Source: an uncultured virus (IMG/VR IMGVR_UViG_3300030372_003518)
Lineage: Duplodnaviria > Heunggongvirae > Uroviricota > Caudoviricetes
Reading direction: 5' to 3' (one strand)
Virus record (IMG/VR): IMGVR_UViG_3300030372_003518
DNA: 20,000 nucleotides
Part shown: positions 9,189 to 17,067 of the stretch, one piece after another
Layout: each line of letters starts with the position of its first letter
How positions within the stretch are numbered: the first letter of the stretch is position 1
Translations under genes and position numbers: made by a program
Notes under the pieces: model-generated
The model's database searches: none
The model's input: the letters and a program-made list of their open reading frames with translations, nothing else
What the model was told of the DNA's origin: nothing

Positions 9189-9444
9189 ATCCTTGTTTTG
9201 TATTAGTTTTTTCTATTTTATCTCCTGATTCTAAAACCTCTTCTTCTGCATCTATCTTATTAAGTATATCAAAGGCATCAAATATAGCCAGCTTCTTTGT
9301 GGCTGCTGCATTTTTTAATCTATCAGCTGCCAGCTCATCTTCTGGGTCAGGTTTAATTATATCTTCTTTAGCTACCTTTATTAATTGCTCTACTGCTCTT
9401 CGACCTGCTTGAATAATACTTTTTTTTAATTCTTCTGAGTTCAT
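9166..9444 (-). CDS. Putative terminase small subunit (92 aa)
   Basis: Helical, immediately upstream of and overlapping terL, with a short C-terminal 'KQGFAERRSK' tail. Assignment is positional. Confidence 0.55.
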   Translation of the reverse strand: MNSEELKKSIIQAGRRAVEQLIKVAKEDIIKPDPEDELAADRLKNAAATKKLAIFDAFDILNKIDAEEEVLESGDKIEKTNTKQGFAERRSK

Positions 9445-10004
9445 AGTTTTAATGTTATTTGATGGTCATACATACGATATAATTTTTCATCATCTACAGT
9501 AAACTCATATTCACTGTCGGGTTTAAAACAAATTCTATCTCCCTTTTCAACTCCTTTAGAAGATAAGTATTTATTAGGGTATTTCATAATTCCTATCAAA
9601 GGTTCTTCTGTTCCTAGTTTAGATACAAAAGATTCTTCTTTAGGTATAGGTTTTACAAAACAATACCTATCATGACAATACCACTCACCTTTGTGCTTAT
9701 ACATAAAGAACTGGTCGTTTTCAATAAAAAATAAATTGTCTTTAAAAAAACTCTTTCCGCTTTTTTGTCTTCCTTTCATATCGTTGTAAAACTTAAACAC
9801 GTTATGATGAACCAAAAGAATGTCTCCTTTTTCTATTTGCCCGTTATATCCTATTGGAGTAGATACCACTTCTGCTTCTCTGTTAGAAGCTTTATGGTTT
9901 TCTTCTGAGGTGCTGGTTATAATTTCCATTCCTTCTATGGTCTTAGTATTTTTATAACGCTTATCATCTACAGGTTTAACGATAAAATAAAAAGGTGACT
10001 TCAT
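9441..10004 (-). CDS. GroES/Cpn10-like co-chaperonin, apparently two tandem domains (187 aa)
   Basis: Two copies of a GroES-like pattern: 'FIVKP...AEVV...IEKGDILLV' and 'DRYCFVKP...GIMKY...VEKGDRICF...EFTVDDEKLYRMYDHQI'. Compare E. coli GroES 'DRVIVKR...GEVLAVG...VKVGDIVIF...KIDNEEVLIMSESDI'. Confidence 0.65.
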   Translation of the reverse strand: MKSPFYFIVKPVDDKRYKNTKTIEGMEIITSTSEENHKASNREAEVVSTPIGYNGQIEKGDILLVHHNVFKFYNDMKGRQKSGKSFFKDNLFFIENDQFFMYKHKGEWYCHDRYCFVKPIPKEESFVSKLGTEEPLIGIMKYPNKYLSSKGVEKGDRICFKPDSEYEFTVDDEKLYRMYDHQITLKL

Positions 10005-10228
10005 TAAAAATTTATATTATATTCTATTGAGACTGGCATATTTGAATTAAACTCTTTCCATAATAGTATTTCATCATTTTGCTGTATCCATATTTTTACA
10101 CTATTAGACTGTTGCACATATTGAATAAGATGAATAGTGTATTTTCCTCCTAATACTTCTTGCCCTACTATGTAGTGCATAGCATCCGACTTATAGTTAG
10201 AGCCTATAGAGATTTTTCTTATATCCAT
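10004..10228 (-). CDS. Hypothetical protein (74 aa, beta-rich)
   Basis: ORF track. TAATG overlap with the GroES-like gene; first gene after a promoter motif. Confidence 0.75.
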   Translation of the reverse strand: MDIRKISIGSNYKSDAMHYIVGQEVLGGKYTIHLIQYVQQSNSVKIWIQQNDEILLWKEFNSNMPVSIEYNINF

Positions 10229-10248
10229 TGTATTAGATTAAATTTAAC

Positions 10249-10258
10249 TACAAAGATA
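10249..10258 (-). promoter_or_regulatory. Bacteroidota-type -7 promoter element TATCTTTGTA for the packaging operon
   Basis: TAnnTTTG match ~22 nt upstream of ATG 10228; identical 10-mer at 493-502. Confidence 0.7.
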
Positions 10259-10266
10259 TAAATTAT

Positions 10267-10404
10267 TTATCTGCCCTGACCTTTGTATCTTTTAAGATAA
10301 TTTTTAGAAGATTTAAGTTTAGAAGATTTGGTTTTAGCATGAACACCCGGTCTTCTTTTTTTAGGCTTTTCTAAATAAACAAAAAGAATGTTTCTTCTAG
10401 CCAT
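10267..10404 (-). CDS. Small highly basic protein (45 aa) ending in YKGQGR
   Basis: Not in ORF track; hand-translated as MARRNILFVYLEKPKKRRPGVHAKTKSSKLKSSKNYLKRYKGQGR*. TAATG overlap with the holin stop. The Y(R/K)GQG(R/K) ending is recurrent in small proteins of aquatic phages. Confidence 0.75.
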   Translation of the reverse strand: MARRNILFVYLEKPKKRRPGVHAKTKSSKLKSSKNYLKRYKGQGR

Positions 10405-10862
10405 TATTTTTGTTGAATAGTCTTAAACTTCTCCGCTCCCCTCGAACCGAAGTATGCTACATAGACGGTAATAAGCAAGCTTTTCAGCAAATCAACCCAA
10501 CCGCTATCTACATCAAACTCCAAACCTGTGCTATCAATAAAGATTAGCAAGACCATAGATATAGTTAAGAATATTAACGCCATTGGACGAGTGTTCTTGG
10601 ACATCCAAGAATCCGACTTCATGTCGCTTGCCCATCTTTTAGAAACTTCCTGCATCTCTACAGTGTCTTGCTCTAAAAGCTTGAGAGCTTTCTCCTTGTC
10701 CTCCGGCGGGAGCTCAGGGTCTTTTTTAATGAGGTTTTTAACAACTCCCATTATCCCTCTATCTGGCAATACATCTCCCATATTGGAAATGATTCCAGAG
10801 CCTGCTCCTAATAAAAATTTACCTACCGCTGTGTCTTTTAACTTTTTCTTTTCTTTACCCAT
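10404..10862 (-). CDS. Holin-like membrane protein, GTA_holin_3TM-like (152 aa)
   Basis: 'RWASDMKSDSWMSKNTRP' then hydrophobic helices 'MALIFLTISMVLLIFI' and 'LLKSLLITVYVAYFGSRGAEK', characteristic of the 'holin of 3TMs for gene-transfer release' family. Downstream of the endolysin. Confidence 0.75.
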   Translation of the reverse strand: MGKEKKKLKDTAVGKFLLGAGSGIISNMGDVLPDRGIMGVVKNLIKKDPELPPEDKEKALKLLEQDTVEMQEVSKRWASDMKSDSWMSKNTRPMALIFLTISMVLLIFIDSTGLEFDVDSGWVDLLKSLLITVYVAYFGSRGAEKFKTIQQK

Positions 10863-10951
10863 TTGATTTTTTTTGTTTTTCTTCCGGCTGCTTGCTTGTA
10901 CCCATTAAGCACATAGCGCCTAGCCATTTTCTCTATTCTTTTTAAACCCAT
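10838..10951 (-). CDS. Possible small basic peptide (37 aa)
   Basis: Hand-translated as MGLKRIEKMARRYVLNGYKQAAGRKTKKIKWVKKRKS*. Fills the gap between endolysin and holin; starts 3 nt after the endolysin stop and overlaps the holin start by 25 nt. Confidence 0.4.
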   Translation of the reverse strand: MGLKRIEKMARRYVLNGYKQAAGRKTKKIKWVKKRKS

Positions 10952-10954
10952 ACA

Positions 10955-11416
10955 TTAAATTTGCTCGTAGTGTGTTTTGCCGTTTTTCTTATACGCTTTT
11001 AAACACCTACCCCTGTTTTCGTTGTTATTAACATAAGAGACATGCACCCAATCAGGGTTTTTCTTGTCACCAAACTCCCATATCAACTGGTCAAAGTTAA
11101 GGTTATTCTTTATATAGTCAAACATTTGTGCGTTAGTTTTATGCCCATACGTGTCATCTATATCTATAGCTTTTCCTTGACAATGCTGTGAACGCTCACT
11201 TCCTCCTATAGCAGAATTTAATTCTTTACATCTAAAAAATGAATTTATTTTAATTGGGCCTCCTACCCATTCTCTTAATGGTTCAAAGATTGCTTGAGCA
11301 ATAGTTCTCATATTTCCAAGCTCATAAGCATCAGGATTGTTGTCTATGTTTAATCGTAAAGCAGTGTTGGATTTTATCCCTTCTTTAAATGATATGTGTT
11401 CACTTATTTTTTCCAT
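10955..11416 (-). CDS. Endolysin candidate, peptidase M15A family (Peptidase_M15_3) Zn peptidase (153 aa)
   Basis: 'INSFFRCKELNSAIGGSERSQHCQGKAIDI' (SxHxxGxAxD) and 'WVHVSY' supply the H/D/H zinc ligands. Flanked by holin-like genes. Confidence 0.85.
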   Translation of the reverse strand: MEKISEHISFKEGIKSNTALRLNIDNNPDAYELGNMRTIAQAIFEPLREWVGGPIKINSFFRCKELNSAIGGSERSQHCQGKAIDIDDTYGHKTNAQMFDYIKNNLNFDQLIWEFGDKKNPDWVHVSYVNNNENRGRCLKAYKKNGKTHYEQI

Positions 11417-11555
11417 TTTCCAGTAGTTGCCAAATTTTGATTACTGTATAGATTAAGGTGGCTATAATTAATAAGCCTTGTAGAACCTGATTTATTTCTG
11501 ACACACTTATCACGTAAACAATAACTCCCAGAAATGTAGGTTCAAAATCTGACAT
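11400..11555 (-). CDS. Small holin-like membrane protein (51 aa)
   Basis: Not in ORF track; hand-translated as MSDFEPTFLGVIVYVISVSEINQVLQGLLIIATLIYTVIKIWQLLENGKNK*. One to two hydrophobic segments and a charged C-terminus; TAATG overlap upstream and overlaps the endolysin start. Confidence 0.7.
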   Translation of the reverse strand: MSDFEPTFLGVIVYVISVSEINQVLQGLLIIATLIYTVIKIWQLLENGKNK

Positions 11556-11920
11556 TATTCTTCAGTTGTTATTTCATCCCAACTCTGAGTGTCCTCGTTC
11601 CACGCATATTTTTTATCATCCTCGGGTTTTGGTGTAGGAGCTTGCCAATCATAATTCTCATCTAAAGACCAACTTGGATAAGGTTGAGGTGAAATAAATA
11701 CATCATTAACATCATCATAACTAAATCCGATTCCCGCAAATTGTTTTCTCATATTATTATTATATGAGGTTTGTATCCAATTTGAATGACCAAATAAAGT
11801 AGAACAAAATTCTACTCCTTTAACTTCACTTTCGGTTTCACCATCAAGTAGCTCGTTGTTGTGTATAACTACTACATTAGTTACTATATTGTTTTCGTCA
11901 AGTTCTGCAAAATGTGCCAT
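11555..11920 (-). CDS. 'MAHFA' protein (121 aa), putative fibre-associated chaperone or partner
   Basis: Motifs MAHFAEL, WIQTSYN, RKQFAGIG.SYD...D.F..PQPYPSW.L, W.AP.PKP and Y.WNE....W. Paralog of 16191-17066; follows a fibre gene. Confidence 0.7.
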   Translation of the reverse strand: MAHFAELDENNIVTNVVVIHNNELLDGETESEVKGVEFCSTLFGHSNWIQTSYNNNMRKQFAGIGFSYDDVNDVFISPQPYPSWSLDENYDWQAPTPKPEDDKKYAWNEDTQSWDEITTEE

Positions 11921-11930
11921 AATTTATATT

Positions 11931-14900
11931 TTAACTGTGGACATACGTTCCACTACCTGTGTATGTTAATATTGTTTCACTTCCGCTTGTTGTTACTGTT
12001 GGCGAACCTGTAACACTTCCTGAATAATCAGAGGTGTTCATTCTTAGTATTATTACTCCAGAACCTCCAGAACCACTTGTATAGCTTCCAGCATCTCCTG
12101 TAGCACCCCCACCTCCACCGGTGTTTGTACTTCCTGCTGTACCACTGCCATTATAAGGGCCTCCTTGACCACCACCACCTGAACCAGCTGCTCCTCCGCC
12201 GCCCGTATATCCTGAACCAGTTCCTCCTGTTCCACCACCTCCTCCTGCATAAGCAGTAGATGTGGCGTCAATAGCAACCATTAAACCTGCTCCCCCTCCT
12301 CCTGGATATGGCCCGCTTCCGTCTACAGCTACACCTACAGAGCCAGCTCCACCACCACCACCACCTAAGTATGGATGAGTTGCCGCCATTCCATCTCCTC
12401 CTGCAAAACCTTCATTTGCTGTTCCCGCTGCGGCAGTTGGGCCTCCTGTCCCTGAACCACTACCACCACCTGAACCACCAGTAGATGGAGCAATATTATT
12501 AGAACCTCCACCACCACCACCAACTGTATTCACAGTAGCACCTCCAGCTATTGTAGAGGCTGAACCAGCATTACCAGGGTCTTGATAATTTGTTGCGTTA
12601 TCGATTGAAGCTCCACCAGCTCCAACAGTTATTGTATAAGTTCCAGCTGCTAATGTAATAGCAGTTTCAGCACTAGCGCCTCCACCTGAAGTGTTACCGT
12701 AAGATGTTCTCAGTCCACCAGCTCCTCCACCTCCACCGTTAGAACCACCAGATGCTCCACCAGCTACTACTAAATATTCCATTTCTCCAGACGCAACAGC
12801 TGGCTGCGCTGGGTTTTCTTTAAAGGCAAAATATATATATTCATTTCCAGCTACATTATCTCCTATTGCTACTCCTCCTGCGGTTATTTCCCATCCTGTT
12901 GACGTTATGGTCATACCCGGCGCATTTGATGTATTATTACCATCCTGATTATTAGGCTCTAAATATCCTCCCGCAGTAATTCCTCTTGCTGTATCATATA
13001 ACCTCCAGTTATCAGCGCCTACTGTAGATTTTATAAGCACGAAGTTAGGCGCAAATCCTGTTGTAACAGCTTGTCCTGTAAGCCCATCTCCAACATAACT
13101 TCCAAAATGACTATAACCTGCAATACTTTTAAAAGCGTATGCGATTGCATTTTGATTTCCTGACAAAGTCCAACTGGGACAAAATACGGTATCATTAACT
13201 ATGCTAAATAAATTTGTATAAGTTCCTGGTGAGCTTGTTGAATTTATGTTCATACCTTTATTTAAACCCATTGCAGTATGATAAACATACCAGTCTTCTA
13301 CGCCATCAGTTCTTTTAAGAAAAATTGCATCGGGTGTTGTTCCTAAACCGTGTCCAACCGTAGTGCTTCCGCTAGGTGAAGATGGGGTTGTAAATTTTAT
13401 AATACTAAATCCAGCTGCTTGATTTGCAGCCACACTACTTGATTCAGTACCATCTGTGTTTATAGCTGGACTGGAAGTTGCTTTCCAGTTATATGAAACG
13501 TAAGTATTACCCAAATCATTAGTAGCTCCGTTACCCGCAGTAGTCCACCCATCAGCATCAAACGAACTTACAGCATTGGTAGTGGTATAGTCTGCTGCTG
13601 TTAGATTACTAGAAATCATTTGTTCAGGCCCTCTTAAAGTGTCAAACCAAGCGTGGTCTTCAGTGCCGTCGCTTCTTTTTATCCACACTAAGTTTGGGCT
13701 AAATCCAAGTCCTGCTATAGAACGTATAGTATCACTTCCGTCATAGGTGTTTGAATTAAAACTATCTGCTAAAACTGGAGCACTACTTGCGTCTGAAGCA
13801 AAGGCCATATAGATATATTCATATCCATTTCCATTGACTTGTCCTGAACCACTACCACCACCTGTTCCTACTGATTGAAACCCGTTAGAAAAAAAATCTA
13901 TTTTTGCACCTGCTTCACTAGCCTCAACGGCAGTTGAATTAGCAAATAACCTTTCGTCTCTTGGATTTGAAGTTTGTCTTTTATTATCAACAATAAACCA
14001 GCTATCCGTACCGCCAGAAATTACTTTTATCATCAACCAAGCAGGCTCAAACCCTGTATTTATGATTGGGCCGGCTGTTGAACCGTTACCTGTATATGTT
14101 CCAACTTTTGAGTATTGAGATTTATCAGCAAAGCAGTACATTATATAATCTTTTCCTGATGCAGAATAATCACCAGTATTAGTAAAATCTATTGTTGATG
14201 CGCCTAATGTTGTAGAGAGTCCACTTGTAACAGCTTGAGAAGTCGTATTTAATCCTTCAATTCTAATCAAGCTTCCTGTTGCAGTTGTCCAAACATACCA
14301 GTTTACTGCATCCGATACGTTTTTAAATATCACCATTGTTGGTGCTGTGCCAAGCCCGTGTCCTACCTGAACATTACTTCCTGTTCCTGTGTATTGAACT
14401 ATTGAAAATCCTGCTGCCTGATTCACTTGAACTGTTGATGTTATATTACCATCTCCATTACTAACCGTAGTTCCTGCGTTTGCTTTCCAACACCAAGCCA
14501 CATATTTAGAACCAGTGTCATTAATTTCATTATCACTACCTACTGTAAACCCATCCGAATCGAAAGCATTTAACCTATTAACACTACCTAAAACGTTTGC
14601 CGCTGTACTATTTGATACTATAAAGTTTCTTATTCCCCTAGAAGAATCGTACCAGTTATGATTTTCAACAGCGGTATCTCTTTGTTTAATCCAAACTAAA
14701 TCTGGTTGAAATCCAACGCCAGTTATATTATTTGTTCCACCATTCCCATCATATAAAACAGTATTAAAGTTCTCACTTGCAACAGGGGGTATATCTTCTG
14801 ATTGTAAATCTCTCCAAGCTCCACCATCCCAAAACTCTATTAAGTTAGTTGTAGTGTTATATCTCCACTCACCAGTAGATGGACTAGCAGGTCTTTCTGC

Positions 14901-14984
14901 TGTCGTTCCATTTGGAAGTTGCAAAGCAGTGTTTAAACTTCCTAAGTCAAATAAATCCGGTGATGTAATTTTTGTTGTTGCCAT
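11931..14984 (-). CDS. Fibre/adhesin-like virion protein (1017 aa): N-terminal GTTAERP module, two ~320-aa beta-rich repeat units and a C-terminal glycine-rich domain
   Basis: N-terminal 'LQLPNGTTAERP...GEWRYNTT...EFWDG..W'. Two units start 'F.T..YDG...GF.P(D/N)LVWIK' and end 'YIY.AF' (~14775-13800 and ~13765-12820). Gly-rich domain runs from 'EYLVVAGG' to 'GGSGVIILR' (~12780-11934). Confidence 0.75.
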   Translation of the reverse strand: MATTKITSPDLFDLGSLNTALQLPNGTTAERPASPSTGEWRYNTTTNLIEFWDGGAWRDLQSEDIPPVASENFNTVLYDGNGGTNNITGVGFQPDLVWIKQRDTAVENHNWYDSSRGIRNFIVSNSTAANVLGSVNRLNAFDSDGFTVGSDNEINDTGSKYVAWCWKANAGTTVSNGDGNITSTVQVNQAAGFSIVQYTGTGSNVQVGHGLGTAPTMVIFKNVSDAVNWYVWTTATGSLIRIEGLNTTSQAVTSGLSTTLGASTIDFTNTGDYSASGKDYIMYCFADKSQYSKVGTYTGNGSTAGPIINTGFEPAWLMIKVISGGTDSWFIVDNKRQTSNPRDERLFANSTAVEASEAGAKIDFFSNGFQSVGTGGGSGSGQVNGNGYEYIYMAFASDASSAPVLADSFNSNTYDGSDTIRSIAGLGFSPNLVWIKRSDGTEDHAWFDTLRGPEQMISSNLTAADYTTTNAVSSFDADGWTTAGNGATNDLGNTYVSYNWKATSSPAINTDGTESSSVAANQAAGFSIIKFTTPSSPSGSTTVGHGLGTTPDAIFLKRTDGVEDWYVYHTAMGLNKGMNINSTSSPGTYTNLFSIVNDTVFCPSWTLSGNQNAIAYAFKSIAGYSHFGSYVGDGLTGQAVTTGFAPNFVLIKSTVGADNWRLYDTARGITAGGYLEPNNQDGNNTSNAPGMTITSTGWEITAGGVAIGDNVAGNEYIYFAFKENPAQPAVASGEMEYLVVAGGASGGSNGGGGGAGGLRTSYGNTSGGGASAETAITLAAGTYTITVGAGGASIDNATNYQDPGNAGSASTIAGGATVNTVGGGGGGSNNIAPSTGGSGGGSGSGTGGPTAAAGTANEGFAGGDGMAATHPYLGGGGGGAGSVGVAVDGSGPYPGGGGAGLMVAIDATSTAYAGGGGGTGGTGSGYTGGGGAAGSGGGGQGGPYNGSGTAGSTNTGGGGGATGDAGSYTSGSGGSGVIILRMNTSDYSGSVTGSPTVTTSGSETILTYTGSGTYVHS
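13095..13116. repeat. 22-nt exact direct repeat shared with 15278-15299
   Basis: ATAACTTCCAAAATGACTATAA at both positions, encoding YSHFGSY in the 1017-aa and 400-aa paralogs. Confidence 0.85.
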
Positions 14985-14986
14985 AA

Positions 14987-16189
14987 TTAGCTAGTTAATT
15001 TAAATGCTAGATATATATATGTGCTTCCACTTCCGTTTACCAAATCTGATGTTCCATAAGGCTCAAATCCAGTTGCCGTTACAGTAATAGAGTGAACGGT
15101 ATCTGACTGTAATCTTTCGTTACTTTGCAGGGGCATCCATTCAGTCCAATGGTCGGAAGAATTAGTAGCCGAGTTTCCTGTCCACCACTGCTCAGCACCA
15201 CTAGCTCTTTTAAGAATTATAAAATCAGGTTTAAACCCACATGAAACACTAGGAGACCCTTGACTTCCACTTCCAGTATAACTTCCAAAATGACTATAAT
15301 CACTTTGAGGTGTAAAACAATAAGCAATATGCTCATCTGTACTAGTATTAACAGGGCCCCAAGTTCCAATGCTAAATACAGATGAAGTTGGCGCAGTATC
15401 ATTCCAAACATTAGATGCTGTTCCCTCTGCCGTTGTTTCGTTTAAAGCTAAATATTTTGTTGGCCCTAAGCTTGTATGAAATACTGCCCAAGCTGATGCG
15501 GTTGACAAGTTTTTAACAACAATAAACTCAGGAGTCGCCGATAACCCGTGACCAATAGTTTCATTATTTCCTGTACCTGTATATTTTACAATACTTATTC
15601 CCGTCTCATTATTAGCTTGAACTGTTGAGGTTATAGACCCTGTTCCATTGCTGCTTGTAGTACCTCCATTAACTCTCCAACTTATACCATAAGTATTGTG
15701 GCCGCTTCCATTAACAGTATCATTAGTTCCTAAAGTAAATCCATCACTATCAAAAGATTTTAATGTTTGAGCATCCGTTCCTTCCACTGCATCCGATGCG
15801 CTTTGTATATATTTAGTTGCTCCTCTTGTAGAGTCAAACCAATACCAAGGGTCACTGTTAGAGCTTGTGTCATAATTTTTTATAATCACTAAATCAGGTT
15901 GATTTCCAAATCCCGTTACTGCTTGTTCTGCCGCTGTTCCTGTCCAGTTTAATAATTTAAAAACTTTTTCAGGAGGAAGTGCTACGTTGTTTAATTGTTT
16001 CCAATCCGTTCCATTGTAATACTCTTCACAAGAAGCTGAACCTTCCGATGCTTCATTCGTATTATTTCTTATCATACCTTCGCTAGCGGTAGGTCTATTA
16101 TTATTAGTCCCTGTTGGCATTTTAAGCCCGCTCTCGGAGGTTGACTCATTTAAATCTAAAACTTCTGGTATTACTTTTGTTGTTGCCAT
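14987..16189 (-). CDS. Fibre/adhesin-like protein (400 aa): N-terminal module plus one beta-rich repeat unit
   Basis: 'MATTKV...LKMPTGTNNNRP...EGMIRNNT...EYYNGTDW', then 'GFGNQPDLVIIK...WFDSTRG...SFDSDGFTLG...GHGL..TP...GSYTG...GFKPDFIILK...YIYLAF', homologous to the units in the 1017-aa protein. Confidence 0.75.
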   Translation of the reverse strand: MATTKVIPEVLDLNESTSESGLKMPTGTNNNRPTASEGMIRNNTNEASEGSASCEEYYNGTDWKQLNNVALPPEKVFKLLNWTGTAAEQAVTGFGNQPDLVIIKNYDTSSNSDPWYWFDSTRGATKYIQSASDAVEGTDAQTLKSFDSDGFTLGTNDTVNGSGHNTYGISWRVNGGTTSSNGTGSITSTVQANNETGISIVKYTGTGNNETIGHGLSATPEFIVVKNLSTASAWAVFHTSLGPTKYLALNETTAEGTASNVWNDTAPTSSVFSIGTWGPVNTSTDEHIAYCFTPQSDYSHFGSYTGSGSQGSPSVSCGFKPDFIILKRASGAEQWWTGNSATNSSDHWTEWMPLQSNERLQSDTVHSITVTATGFEPYGTSDLVNGSGSTYIYLAFKLTS

Positions 16190-16190
16190 A

Positions 16191-17066
16191 TTATGATTCT
16201 ATCCAAGTTAAAGTTTCTTCATCCCAAAGATACGAATTTCCGTCGTTAGGCTTTGGTGTAGGTGCTGCCCATCCAGATTTTAAATGTTGACTTTCTACTT
16301 CAGGTTCAATATCCTGTATAGTCCAACTTGGATAAGGCTTAGGGTCTGTTACGTTTGTTATTGTCCACACTTGTTCTCCCTCATGCCAATAATATTTATC
16401 TTCTGGTTTAGTAATCCATTCTTGTGTACTTTCTTTCCAATAATGTTCCCCTTCCGGCTTTTCTACAGGACATTCCCATATACACGAATCTTCATTTAAA
16501 GTCCACGACTCATAAAGTTGAGGCGCATAAAACGCATCTTTTACAGGGTCGTAAGTATCTCCTACCCCTGCATAATTTTTTCTAAAAGGTGTGCCACCAT
16601 TTTGGTGAACACCACCTATTGTATTATAAGAAGTTCTTTTACATAGTCCACCTTTTCCATAATACCCTTCCCAGTAAATAGTGTTGTCTACTTCAGTTGG
16701 CTCAAGGGCCTGAAGCTCGTCAATCTTAGCTTGAATCTGCGTCTCTATCTCTGCCACTTCTTCTGTTGTTTTACCTGTTCTACTCTCTTCTAAATCTTTT
16801 ATTTCCTGCTCGATTGTTTCATCGCCTGTAAATTTCTCATAAGTTTCAAGCACTCCCGTTATTACTCCCGTTACTACGCAAAGAGCATTATCTATCTCTT
16901 GCTGCTTTGCATCTATCTCTTGCTGCTTTGCTTCAATAGCTGCTGTATCTTCTTCTGTTGGTTCTTCAATAGAAGTAAGCGTACCCATCTCACTCCATAA
17001 TACTGAAAGCTCTTCTCTTAGAGTTCCTGTTGTTTGGTCGTTATTTAAAATTGCGTAATGTGCCAT
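16191..17066 (-). CDS. Extended 'MAHYA' protein (291 aa) with coiled-coil insertions
   Basis: Shares MAH.A, RTSYN, RKNYAG.G.TYD..KDAF.APQ.Y.SW and W.AP.PKP....Y.WDE...W with the 121-aa paralog, with added acidic heptad segments. Confidence 0.72.
   Translation of the reverse strand: MAHYAILNNDQTTGTLREELSVLWSEMGTLTSIEEPTEEDTAAIEAKQQEIDAKQQEIDNALCVVTGVITGVLETYEKFTGDETIEQEIKDLEESRTGKTTEEVAEIETQIQAKIDELQALEPTEVDNTIYWEGYYGKGGLCKRTSYNTIGGVHQNGGTPFRKNYAGVGDTYDPVKDAFYAPQLYESWTLNEDSCIWECPVEKPEGEHYWKESTQEWITKPEDKYYWHEGEQVWTITNVTDPKPYPSWTIQDIEPEVESQHLKSGWAAPTPKPNDGNSYLWDEETLTWIES
16890..16931. repeat. Perfect 21-nt tandem duplication encoding the heptad AKQQEID x2
   Basis: ATCTATCTCTTGCTGCTTTGC at 16890-16910 and 16911-16931. 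Confidence 0.9.
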
Positions 17067-17067
17067 A

